From the NCBI GenBank assembly GCA_001780035.1, contig MFEY01000007.1:6212-70211 (forward strand): a stretch of 64,000 bases of DNA. Reading direction: 5' to 3'. Shown here one piece after another: positions 56,047-64,000 of the stretch. The notes below the pieces were generated by a model. That model saw nothing but the letters and a program-made list of their open reading frames with translations. It searched no databases and was not told where the DNA came from. The first letter of the stretch is position 1; each line of letters starts with the position of its first letter. This stretch comes from Candidatus Doudnabacteria bacterium RIFCSPHIGHO2_12_FULL_48_16 (GTDB lineage Bacteria > Patescibacteriota > Doudnabacteria > UBA920 > O2-02-FULL-48-8). The position numbers and the translations under genes were made by a program.

Positions 56047-57510
56047 ATGATCAAAACTTGGTTATCGCAAACTTCCATGTATCGCCTGATGATTTATTAT
56101 CTGGGGGCATTATTGCTCGCGGGCATGGCATTGAGCATGTTCGGCATCTTGCCATATGTCTGGTGGCACATCGGTTTTGATTTTGCCATCCTCTGGCTCT
56201 CCTGCGCCCTTACCAGCTGGTTATGCGCGAAGATTTTCAGAACCCAGCGGAACCCCGAATCAGAACTGATCACCGCGTTGATCCTGGCCTTAATTGTTGG
56301 GCCGCTGGATCCGTTAATTTATTCCAATTTATTGTTGCTCGCCGGGGTCGGGGCAATTTCACAGGCCAGCAAATATCTGCTGGCGATCAACAAAAAACAT
56401 ATTTTTAACCCGGCCGCGGTGGCCGTGCTGCTGGCGGCGCTGTTCCTGCATCAAGGCGCTTCGTGGTGGGTCGGTGACCGACACCTGCTCTGGATCATGG
56501 TAATTGGCGGCGCTCTGATTTTGCACAAATTGCGGTGGTTCCATCTAAGTCTGAGTTTTCTAATCCCTTATCTGGCCGTCCTTACAGCCCAGCAAGGATG
56601 GCGGCTCGATTATCTGGCCATCCTCTCGCCGCTGCTCTTTTTTTCAACAGTAATGCTGATTGAACCGTTAACCAGCCCGACTGGCCGACGAAAAAGGATC
56701 CTTTACGGGGTTTGTACCGCCTTGATCTTGGCCGGACTGATTAACTATTCCTCGCTGCCTTATACGCTCGAGCTCGCTTTGATAATAGCAAATTTTGCAT
56801 TTTGGTGGACCAAAATCAAGCAGCGAATAATTTTAAAATTTATAAACAAGGAGCCGGGAGCCAAGGACATCTATAAATTTTGGTTTGAACCGTTAAAAAA
56901 ATTCAGCTTCCGCCCCGGCCAGTTTCTCCAGTGGACCCTGCCACATTCGCGCGCCGATGACCGCGGCACCCGGCGCTGGTTTACTATTGCCTCGTCACCG
57001 ACCGAAGAAAAAGTATTGTTAACCACCAAATTTTCCGATCGATCGAGCACCTTCAAACAGGCGCTACGCGAGCTCAAGCCCGGCGCGGAGATTGCCACCA
57101 GTGATCCGGATGGCGATTTTATCCTGCCGATTGATCCGACAATGAAGCTAGTTTTTATCGCCGGCGGCATCGGCATCACTCCATACCGTAGCATGATCAA
57201 ATATTTGCTCGATACGAAGCAGTCGCGGGATATAATTATAATCTATGCGGCCAAAACGGCTGAAGAATTCAGCTTTAAAGAATTACTCGCCCAAGCAACC
57301 GAAATAGGACTGAATACTATTTACATTCAAACCGAAAAAACTGGTTTTATTACGCCGGAAATGATAAAAAAAGAAATTCCGGATTGGGCCCAGCGCACGT
57401 TTTACATTTCCGGCCCGGAACCCATGGTTGAAGCCTATGAAAAAATGCTAAAAGAAACCGGCATCAAGGATGCCGGAATCAGAACTGATTTCTTTCCAGG
57501 ATACGAATAA
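56047..57510 (+). CDS. Membrane-anchored ferredoxin-NADP reductase-type FAD/NAD(P)-binding oxidoreductase
   Basis: An N-terminal multi-helix membrane domain of about 270 aa. The C-terminus carries RPGQFLQW…RWFTIASSP (FAD-binding) and FIAGGIGITP (NAD-binding). Confidence 0.6.
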   Translation: MIKTWLSQTSMYRLMIYYLGALLLAGMALSMFGILPYVWWHIGFDFAILWLSCALTSWLCAKIFRTQRNPESELITALILALIVGPLDPLIYSNLLLLAGVGAISQASKYLLAINKKHIFNPAAVAVLLAALFLHQGASWWVGDRHLLWIMVIGGALILHKLRWFHLSLSFLIPYLAVLTAQQGWRLDYLAILSPLLFFSTVMLIEPLTSPTGRRKRILYGVCTALILAGLINYSSLPYTLELALIIANFAFWWTKIKQRIILKFINKEPGAKDIYKFWFEPLKKFSFRPGQFLQWTLPHSRADDRGTRRWFTIASSPTEEKVLLTTKFSDRSSTFKQALRELKPGAEIATSDPDGDFILPIDPTMKLVFIAGGIGITPYRSMIKYLLDTKQSRDIIIIYAAKTAEEFSFKELLAQATEIGLNTIYIQTEKTGFITPEMIKKEIPDWAQRTFYISGPEPMVEAYEKMLKETGIKDAGIRTDFFPGYE

Positions 57511-57918
57511 TTATTCAGTCACCGTAATCTTACCGAAAGAGCTGGAATTCAGATGGTCATGAAACTTCCAGCTGCCGACTTTTCCGAAAGTGAATGACCA
57601 AGTTTCGCCCGGAGCAATGGCGCGTTTGGAATCAAACTCCGGATAATCGGTGTGCGTCGGATGCGGCGCGGAAGCCGGCCAATGAGGCTTGCTGTCAGTG
57701 TTTACAAATTTAACCAAGTCGCCTTTTTTAATGGTCAGGGTGGCGGGATTAAATCCAGCGGCCATATTAATTTCGTATGTTTTGGGAGCCGCGGGTGCTG
57801 CTTGGTTTTGGTTGTTGTCTTGGCTGCTTGGGGGATTTGGATTGGCCGCCGGTTGGGATTTATTGCAGGCCGCGGCCAGAAGCGCCAGGCCCAGAAACAA
57901 AATTGCAAGTTTTCGCAT
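57511..57918 (-). CDS. Cupredoxin-like lipoprotein (paralog of 4618-5082)
   Basis: Lipobox LLAAAC, a Pro/Gln/Asn-rich linker, then WPASAPHPTHTDYPEFD…FHDHL. Confidence 0.5.
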   Translation of the reverse strand: MRKLAILFLGLALLAAACNKSQPAANPNPPSSQDNNQNQAAPAAPKTYEINMAAGFNPATLTIKKGDLVKFVNTDSKPHWPASAPHPTHTDYPEFDSKRAIAPGETWSFTFGKVGSWKFHDHLNSSSFGKITVTE

Positions 57919-57942
57919 ATTTTTTGTGGTTAATTGTTTTAA

Positions 57943-58338
57943 TTATAATTGAGAGGTACAGAAAGGACACCGAGTCGCGTTGATACTGACGCTGTTGCGG
58001 CAATAAGGACATTCCTTGGTGTGCACAATGTCGGATTGCCGGCGGCGAAACCGGTTCATTTGCTTGACCACGAGGAAAATCACAAAGGAGACGACGGTGA
58101 AATTGATAACCGTATTAATAAACGAGCCTAAGGCCAAGGTGTGTCGCCCGGGCAAACCGATGGTAATATTGTGGAAATCAACTTGGCCGATGATTAAAGA
58201 TAATATCGGGTTGAATAAATCATTGATAATCGAATTCACGACTTGGCCGAACGCGGCCCCGATAATTACGCCGACCGCCAGATCCAGGGCATTGCCTCTG
58301 ACCGCGAATTCCTTAAATTCTTTCCAGATTTGCCTCAT
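57943..58338 (-). CDS. mscL: Large-conductance mechanosensitive channel MscL, with a C-terminal CxxC…CxxC tail
   Basis: …[31 protein letters not shown]… is the MscL TM1 signature. The C-terminus [23 protein letters not shown] is zinc-ribbon-like. Confidence 0.8.
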   Translation of the reverse strand: MRQIWKEFKEFAVRGNALDLAVGVIIGAAFGQVVNSIINDLFNPILSLIIGQVDFHNITIGLPGRHTLALGSFINTVINFTVVSFVIFLVVKQMNRFRRRQSDIVHTKECPYCRNSVSINATRCPFCTSQL

Positions 58339-59233
58339 GAGCTTCGCTGTTAACCAAGGTTAGTTTAGTAATTCCTATCAATAAAATCAAGCCGCCGATG
58401 ATCTGCATGCTCTCCAGCGTGGCACCCAAAAATATCCAGTTCACGATCACGGCCGCAACCGGAAAGGCCAGTTCGCAAAGCGTAGCCACGGCCGCCTTGG
58501 TCGAGCGCAGACCGTAATAGTAGAGCAAAAGCGAGGCAAATCCCGCAATAATCGCGGTTATAAACACAAACAGCCAATCCTTGCGCGTGGTCAAATTAAT
58601 TTGGGACAGCGTGTGGTAGTAAACGTTCATGAAAAATAGAAAGACCAACGCCGACAAAAACCGCAGGGATGTCATCATCTGGAAGCTTACTTTATTGAGC
58701 ACGTAGCGGCCAAAAACTGTGGAACCGCCCCAGAAAAACGCCGCGCCGAGCGCCAGCAGAACGCCAAGCGTGTCGGAATTCCACGTCCAGCCAGCCGGTT
58801 TGAAATCCGGAAACGTCACCAGGTAGGCGCCAAAAACAGCCACAACCGTCCATGTCCAGAAATCTTTCGATAATTTCTCACCCAACACCCATACTGCCAG
58901 TAGTATGGCGATCAGCGGCTGCAGCTTTTGCAGCAAAATTGCCACCGTGGGATTAAGATAGTGGAAGCTCTGAGTAAACAGCACTGTGGCCAAGGCCGAG
59001 CCGCCAAAACCGATAAAAATCACGGACAACCACTCGCGGCCGGATAAATTTTTTAACTCCCTCAGGCGCGGTAAGAAAATCGGCAGGACGAAAAACGCGA
59101 TCAGGATATGCTCCATGAGCACAATTACGGTCGAAGACAGCTGACCGCTTAAATATTTGCGAAACGGCGCGTCCACTGCCCAAAGCACCGCAGCCAAAGC
59201 CACCATCCAGGGACCAAAATTTTTATTAGTCAT
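58313..59233 (-). CDS. EamA/DMT-family transporter
   Basis: Ten transmembrane helices with duplicated EamA halves. The start is trimmed to MTNKNFGPW…; the upstream ORF extension is read-through of SR-C copy 4. Confidence 0.7.
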   Translation of the reverse strand: MTNKNFGPWMVALAAVLWAVDAPFRKYLSGQLSSTVIVLMEHILIAFFVLPIFLPRLRELKNLSGREWLSVIFIGFGGSALATVLFTQSFHYLNPTVAILLQKLQPLIAILLAVWVLGEKLSKDFWTWTVVAVFGAYLVTFPDFKPAGWTWNSDTLGVLLALGAAFFWGGSTVFGRYVLNKVSFQMMTSLRFLSALVFLFFMNVYYHTLSQINLTTRKDWLFVFITAIIAGFASLLLYYYGLRSTKAAVATLCELAFPVAAVIVNWIFLGATLESMQIIGGLILLIGITKLTLVNSEAHEANLERI

Positions 59234-59243
59234 TTCAGATCTT

Positions 59244-59385
59244 TCTTCTCCCCTTGCGGGAGAAGATGCCCGCAGGGCAGATGAGGGGTAAAAAAAATAA
59301 TAGCCCTCGTTCGGGGCATAGCGAGAAATCACCCTCTCCTGTCCGGTCAGTTGACCGGACATCCTCTCCCGTCGAGGGAGAGGAT
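59244..59385. repeat. SR-C structured repeat, copy 4, upstream of the DMT transporter
   Basis: TCTTCTCCCCTTGCGGGAGAAGA…AAATCACCCTCTCCTGTCCGGTCAGTTGACCGGACATCCTCTCCCGTCGAGGGAGAGGAT: the same module order as copies 1-3, with the middle modules diverged. Confidence 0.55.
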
Positions 59386-59593
59386 TAAGCAGAAAGAGTC
59401 TTTCGCCTTCTTTCATCCAGACTATACTGTCGCCTCCGGAATCAAACCGGATCGTGCTCTTTCAAGCTCGCGGGGTATACCGCCGGTGGGGAATTCTCTG
59501 CCCGCCGAAGCCTCGGCGAAGGAGGGTCACCCCGCCCTGAAGGTTAATTGCTTTGATTATAGCTTATACAAAATTGGTAGGCAAACTATTCGC

Positions 59594-59950
59594 CTATTCG
59601 CGCGAATTAGACCCAAAGAATTCTCTAGCCGCCTTTTCGTCTTTCTTCATTTGCTCCACTAACTCAGATTGCGAATCAAATTTTTTATTCTCGCGAATTT
59701 TTTTTAGAATTTCAACTTCTATCTCCTGGCCGTACAAATCGCCATTATAATCCAAAATATGAACTTCGCCATGTCTGACAGTTTCGCCGAAGGTTAGATT
59801 GGACCCAATGAAAACTAGTGACGGCCGATTATTCGCCAAACCAACATAAATACCATCCTTAACCTCTTGGGCCAAATCAAAATTCGCCGTGGGAAATCCC
59901 ATCGCTCTTCCTCGTCCCTGGTCTTTTTTTACTAATACTTTATACTTCAT
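59594..59950 (-). CDS. Riboflavin kinase (stand-alone RibF C-terminal domain)
   Basis: …GRGRAMGFPTANFDL… is the riboflavin kinase beta-barrel motif. 118 aa. Confidence 0.75.
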   Translation of the reverse strand: MKYKVLVKKDQGRGRAMGFPTANFDLAQEVKDGIYVGLANNRPSLVFIGSNLTFGETVRHGEVHILDYNGDLYGQEIEVEILKKIRENKKFDSQSELVEQMKKDEKAAREFFGSNSRE

Positions 59951-60380
59951 ACCTTATACTTCTTCGCAACTTCGAACTCTTATAAATCTGCGGCCAATGG
60001 GGTTTGAGCCGCACGACCTTGGTTTTCTTCAACCCATGCTTCTGCAACTCTGTCTCGAGGGTTATTATCTGTTTTCTGTTATCTGTTATCTGACTAATAT
60101 ACAATCCTTGATCATACCCCAGGGCAATCACATCCGGTCGTGCTTTCACAATATGCGGCCAAGGGTCAATTTTGCCCCCCAAAACGATTTTATCGACATA
60201 AGGGACGCTTCCCAGGTTTGCCAGGCGCTGTTTTTCATCGTGGACCGGCCGCTGACCTTTGATTTTGATGACATTTACATCGCGGGCCACGGACACGATC
60301 AGAAAATCACCCAAAGCTTTGGCCTGCTTGATAAAATCCACATGTCCGGGATGCAACAAATCAAAGACTCCAAATACCAT
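59940..60380 (-). CDS. FMN adenylyltransferase / cytidylyltransferase-like nucleotidyltransferase (stand-alone RibF N-terminal domain)
   Basis: MVFGVFDLLHPGHVDFIKQAKALGD… has the HxGH nucleotidyltransferase motif. It overlaps the riboflavin kinase gene by 11 nt. Confidence 0.65.
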   Translation of the reverse strand: MVFGVFDLLHPGHVDFIKQAKALGDFLIVSVARDVNVIKIKGQRPVHDEKQRLANLGSVPYVDKIVLGGKIDPWPHIVKARPDVIALGYDQGLYISQITDNRKQIITLETELQKHGLKKTKVVRLKPHWPQIYKSSKLRRSIRYEV

Positions 60381-60396
60381 GACTTTAATTTTTTTT

Positions 60397-60663
60397 CTAA
60401 CTGTAAATATCATGATCACCGATATCGATAAAACCAACCCGGCCTTTCCCTAGAAACTCAAAAAGCACTCGATATGAGTGCGTAATTGAAAAAGACCAAT
60501 ATTTTTTCTGTTTACCGCCAAGCTTATGGGTCTTCAGTCTAGGATCGAAGCAGTTATTTTTAAAAATTTTTTCCCGTTCTATAACAATTACTTTTTGATC
60601 TCGATCCAATTTTCTTAACGCTCTCAAAAAATGATTAGAATAACTAATCTCTTTGATTTGCAT
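60397..60663 (-). CDS. RelE/ParE-family type II toxin
   Basis: …KKYWSFSITHSYRVLFEFLGKGRVGFIDIGDHDIY is the RelE/ParE C-terminal signature. 88 aa. Confidence 0.7.
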   Translation of the reverse strand: MQIKEISYSNHFLRALRKLDRDQKVIVIEREKIFKNNCFDPRLKTHKLGGKQKKYWSFSITHSYRVLFEFLGKGRVGFIDIGDHDIYS

Positions 60664-60666
60664 AAT

Positions 60667-60894
60667 TTAGCCCATCAAATCCGCCAAAGAACCTTTAAGA
60701 ACCTTTAATTTGCCTTCCCGCTTCTCTTTTTTATAAATCTTAATTGCTTGTTCCATTTCCATCTCCTCCAAATAGCGGCGTAAGGCTGTCCTTAAAAATT
60801 CCGAACGGGTCATGTGTTGTTTTCTTGCAGCTTTCTCTGATTGAGCCACCATTTCCGGCGGCAATGACACCGTAACTAAAGACGAAGTTCTCAT
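60667..60894 (-). CDS. Ribbon-helix-helix (CopG/ParD-like) antitoxin
   Basis: …LVTVSLPPEMVAQSEKAARKQHMTRSEFLRTALRRYLEE… is an RHH fold, and the gene is immediately upstream of the toxin. Confidence 0.65.
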   Translation of the reverse strand: MRTSSLVTVSLPPEMVAQSEKAARKQHMTRSEFLRTALRRYLEEMEMEQAIKIYKKEKREGKLKVLKGSLADLMG

Positions 60895-60985
60895 ATATTA
60901 TTAGTTAATACTAAGTATTAATAGTGTATCATGTCATAATTATTACGTCAATTAGTCTGCTTGCCGTTTTCTTTTTTTTGCCATT

Positions 60986-62365
60986 TTACTTTTTACCTTT
61001 TGATTTTAACTTTCGAACAATCCCCATATTCGCATCGACTTCGACCAGCTCGCCGTCTTTTAATGATTTGGTCGCTATCTTGGTTCCAATTATACATGGA
61101 ATATTAAGCTCCCTGGAAACGATTGCCGCATGGCAAGAAAGACCTCCTTCATCAGTTACAATTCCTCCAGCCTTTTTCATAATTACTGTATAGTCCGGCG
61201 TAGTCATGTTAGTTACCAAAATATCACCAGGTTTTAGCTTATTAAATTCAGCCTGCCTAAGAATGATTTTGGCCTCACCTTGTACTAACCCACGGCAGGC
61301 TACCTGACCCTCAAGTCCATTTTTATTGATTTTGTCCGGCTTAGTAACGTGACTATATAATTTCTTTACAATTGGGCCGGTCCATAAAATTTCCCGATTA
61401 TTTAAATAACCATGCGCGTATCCCTGATGACGGTTTTTGACATCACGCTTGGCTACCAATATGTTGTTATTGCGCAAAGACTGAACGACTTCCTCATCAC
61501 GCATCTGAAAAAAATCCTCCCTTTTAATATTCAAATCAGCCGCCAGTTGCTGGGCCAAGGGTTCAAAACTAAACCAAATTTGCTGAGAAATTTCTTTCAT
61601 TCGGTTACGTAAATAAATGCCAGCCTGAAGGCCAACGAGTATATAATTATTTCCCACATGGGGATGGCCGGATAGTTTTTTCGAACTAATATTTTTTATT
61701 TCTTCTCGAACATCCTTTTCTGTATAGTTATCAATAATATTGTATGCTGTTTTTATCCAACCATATTTCTTAACATGGTTACGGATCATTTCCTTCTGTT
61801 TGCTTCCCGAATTAGATTTAATCGAGATCAAAGATAGGTGGAGGCGGTCAACGTCCAACACTTTATAAGATCTGGCACCCGCAAGGAGTGTCGGATTTTT
61901 CAATTGTAACTCCTTCTCACAATAGTTAGTTAAAGGAACGGCTACGATATAATACTTTTGTATGCGCAAAAGCAGAGTCTTATATTTTTTTAAAGTAGTC
62001 AATTTCTCGGTTACGGTGGCCTGTGACCAGTTTTTATGCTTTAAATATTTACAGAACGAATGAGCCTCTCCCGCTGCCTTGTCGATTTGTTGAACCAACT
62101 TCAGAGGCCATTTTTTATCCTGCTTGAATGCAGCGATAAATTTATCGTAGAAATTTTTTGTCGCTGCATTATCGTATAAGTTAGCATCGTTAACCCAAAA
62201 AATTGAATTATATTTAAGCACAACCGACCGCGAAATATTTAAGGGTTGCAACTCTGCCTGACTTACAATTGCGCGTGATTGCAAATACCCGGGTCTTTTA
62301 ACCCTTAAATCCCAATCCTGAGAAACAAATTCTTTTTCAAGTTGTTTAGTGGGTATGGTAATCAT
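60986..62365 (-). CDS. Protein with a C-terminal PEP-utilising-enzyme mobile (swivel phosphohistidine) domain and an uncharacterised N-terminal region
   Basis: The C-terminus …GDILVTNMTTPDYTVIMKKAGGIVTDEGGLSCHAAIVSRELNIPCIIG… matches PF00391-type swivel domains. The start is trimmed to MITIPTKQ, whose ATG overlaps the upstream stop (ATGA). Confidence 0.6.
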   Translation of the reverse strand: MITIPTKQLEKEFVSQDWDLRVKRPGYLQSRAIVSQAELQPLNISRSVVLKYNSIFWVNDANLYDNAATKNFYDKFIAAFKQDKKWPLKLVQQIDKAAGEAHSFCKYLKHKNWSQATVTEKLTTLKKYKTLLLRIQKYYIVAVPLTNYCEKELQLKNPTLLAGARSYKVLDVDRLHLSLISIKSNSGSKQKEMIRNHVKKYGWIKTAYNIIDNYTEKDVREEIKNISSKKLSGHPHVGNNYILVGLQAGIYLRNRMKEISQQIWFSFEPLAQQLAADLNIKREDFFQMRDEEVVQSLRNNNILVAKRDVKNRHQGYAHGYLNNREILWTGPIVKKLYSHVTKPDKINKNGLEGQVACRGLVQGEAKIILRQAEFNKLKPGDILVTNMTTPDYTVIMKKAGGIVTDEGGLSCHAAIVSRELNIPCIIGTKIATKSLKDGELVEVDANMGIVRKLKSKGKK

Positions 62366-63975
62366 AACTTCCTCACAATCCCCTTGTTCGCATCGACTTC
62401 GACCAGCTCGCCGTCTTTGAAATTCGTCATGGCGTTTTTTAACGCCACTACGCACGGAATGCCAAATTCCCGCGACACCACGGCCGCATGGCAAGTCAGG
62501 CCCCCGACCTCGGTGACGATCGCTGCCGCGCGCTTCATCGCCGGCAGATGATCCACACATGTCGCATAGGTAACCATAACATCTCCATTTCTAACCTTGT
62601 CATTCTGACCGGAAAAAGCCACGATCCGAATTTTGCCCCTGACTTTTCCCGGGCTGGCGCAGGTTCCCTTACTTTCATCCCCACCCTGGATGGGTTTAAC
62701 ATAACTTTCTATATGTTTAAATAAATTTTCCGCTTCGATAGGGTTAAGGTTAAGTCTTTTTTTCATACCCAAATCATAACCCCAGCCTCCATACTTTCCC
62801 TTTTTCGCCTGTATATTTTCTATGAACTGTTTACCCCGCAATGCATCCACTAGTTCTTTTTCGGTTAACCCACGCAGCTGTTTAGAAGAAAGATATAATC
62901 TCGCCTGGGATTCGTTGAATAAAGGCATGAGAAACTTGCCTGCATAACTTACAAAATATTCGGCTTCGTTTCTTACGTCTAAAGCCAAACCAAAATCTAT
63001 GAATATTTGCAGACTTTTTTTCCCAAGCCTGTATTTTTTTACAATCTTAGAAATATCGCGGTTGCGAATAATCCTATAGTACTTTAGTTCTTCCAGTTCT
63101 TTTATTAAATCTTTTAATTTACTTTTGGTTAAGTCTTTTAATCCCTGGGTATAATGTTCAGCTTGCCAACCATCTCCGTAAGTAAATATCGGCATCCAGC
63201 CAAATTGCTGGGCTAATATTTTAGACGCGGCTAAAAAAGAGGTTTTCTTATTTTTTATTTTTATCGCTTGAAACAAAACAGCTCTTTTCTCAGTCAGTGT
63301 GGTTGAAATTTGTTCGGGTTTGATTAAAGCAAACATGACTTCGTTATACTCTTTGCTTCCGAAATTTAAACCGGCTTCTTTTTGCAGAATGTTCTTCATC
63401 AATGGGGTCCAGTATTCTTCCCCCAGCCAGCCAAATTGATCAAAAACCACCACATGATGGACCCAACGTCTGATCTCCTCTATAGATTTAGCCAAACCTG
63501 CATTCGAAAGTTTATGAGGGTTTTTATAAATTCCTCGCACCGCGGCCTTGGCTTTTTCGTCTAAGGAATAAAAAGTTCTAAGCTTACGGCTTAAGGCCAG
63601 GTAATCGTTTTGGTTTATTTGGACAATTTGCTTGTGCAGTAAAGTGAAATATTTGGTGGGCACATAGGCGTGCATATATCCATCCTCGCCTGTATACATC
63701 GTCAGAATACCCTTGGGGATGCCAAAGGTTTGTTTGAAAAATTCATTGGTATTTTCGCCATACCAAGTGCCGGTGTCCAACGGCGGGGTATTCCACTTCC
63801 CCATTTTGGTCACCCTAGTTTTGAAATAATGATTCCGCATTGCGTTCATTATACGATAAACCGCAGCATTGACAAAATCGCCAAAAAGTGCTAATATATA
63901 TAGTTCGTAGCTGTTCTTTTTTAGATGCTGAATTCTGTGAGTTTTTCTGTGCCCTGGAATTTCCAGTTCAGACAC
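62362..63975 (-). CDS. Paralogous PEP-utilising swivel-domain protein with an uncharacterised N-terminal domain of about 430 aa
   Basis: The C-terminus …GDVMVTYATCVDHLPAMKRAAAIVTEVGGLTCHAAVVSREFGIPCVVA… is swivel-domain-like. The N-terminus has no ATP-grasp signature I can recognise. Confidence 0.6.
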   Translation of the reverse strand: MSELEIPGHRKTHRIQHLKKNSYELYILALFGDFVNAAVYRIMNAMRNHYFKTRVTKMGKWNTPPLDTGTWYGENTNEFFKQTFGIPKGILTMYTGEDGYMHAYVPTKYFTLLHKQIVQINQNDYLALSRKLRTFYSLDEKAKAAVRGIYKNPHKLSNAGLAKSIEEIRRWVHHVVVFDQFGWLGEEYWTPLMKNILQKEAGLNFGSKEYNEVMFALIKPEQISTTLTEKRAVLFQAIKIKNKKTSFLAASKILAQQFGWMPIFTYGDGWQAEHYTQGLKDLTKSKLKDLIKELEELKYYRIIRNRDISKIVKKYRLGKKSLQIFIDFGLALDVRNEAEYFVSYAGKFLMPLFNESQARLYLSSKQLRGLTEKELVDALRGKQFIENIQAKKGKYGGWGYDLGMKKRLNLNPIEAENLFKHIESYVKPIQGGDESKGTCASPGKVRGKIRIVAFSGQNDKVRNGDVMVTYATCVDHLPAMKRAAAIVTEVGGLTCHAAVVSREFGIPCVVALKNAMTNFKDGELVEVDANKGIVRKL

Positions 63976-64000
63976 AAACTCATAGCAATTCCCATCAACC

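Noticed and set aside
14955-59385. Whether the recurring inverted-repeat families could be a CRISPR array
   Set aside because: The copies are not regularly spaced direct repeats separated by unique spacers. Each is a self-contained inverted-repeat element sitting in a different intergenic junction tens of kb apart. No cas1 or cas9 gene is present.

Overview
This 64-kb window (about 48% GC, almost all genes on the minus strand) looks like a compact Patescibacteria/CPR-type genome. I infer that from the S5 gene running straight into L15 with no L30 between them, a Z-type S14, ribF and transketolase each split into two genes, long tails on L22/L23/S19, and many start-stop overlaps. Housekeeping content found: rseP (partial), frr, holB, mreB-murA-murB, rnhA, recJ, a glycolysis block (gpmI, pgk, gap, fba, tpiA), pentose-phosphate genes (split tkt, rpe, rpiB), map, two adk-like genes, secY, the large S10-spc-str ribosomal operon (rpsJ through rplO, plus tuf, fusA, rpsG, rpsL), rpmB, mscL, split ribF and a RelE/RHH toxin-antitoxin pair. 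No rRNA, tRNA or CRISPR array was found by eye. The unusual part is not a classical gene island but several families of short inverted-repeat and multi-hairpin elements packed into otherwise overlapping gene junctions. IR-A (about 105 nt, four copies) sits between a stop and a start codon, begins with ATGAAT and ends just before an ATGAA/GTGAA start, and carries TAACTAA stops in two reading frames. IR-A2 (two copies) carries an in-frame ATG that adds an MxDxNSVKSNG leader to S17 and GAPDH. SR-C (about 150-165 nt, four copies, two about 96% identical) lies upstream of rpsE, rplF, rpsH and a DMT transporter, and its 5-prime hairpin (TCTTCTCCC/GGGAGAAGA) would sequester a Shine-Dalgarno-like GGGAGAAGA run just before the start codon. 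IR-B (five copies) is bounded by GTCTTTGCGAGG/CCTCGCAAAGAC. A TACGAA/TTCGTA iterated hairpin lies between rplN and rplX. Other points: two non-ribosomal genes (a lipoprotein and a glycerophosphodiester phosphodiesterase) sit inside the S10 operon; two plus-strand high-GC islands (60-65% GC), one with a consensus TTGACA-N17-TATAAT promoter, GGAGG and a frameshifted ppnP-like gene, the other splitting fusA from tuf; a tandemly expanded family of membrane-anchored extracytoplasmic proteins with pfkB 3-prime remnants and two unannotated AbrB/MazE-like genes; a winged-helix/Cas2-like fusion with no CRISPR array; and tandem PEP-utiliser swivel-domain paralogs of unknown substrate.
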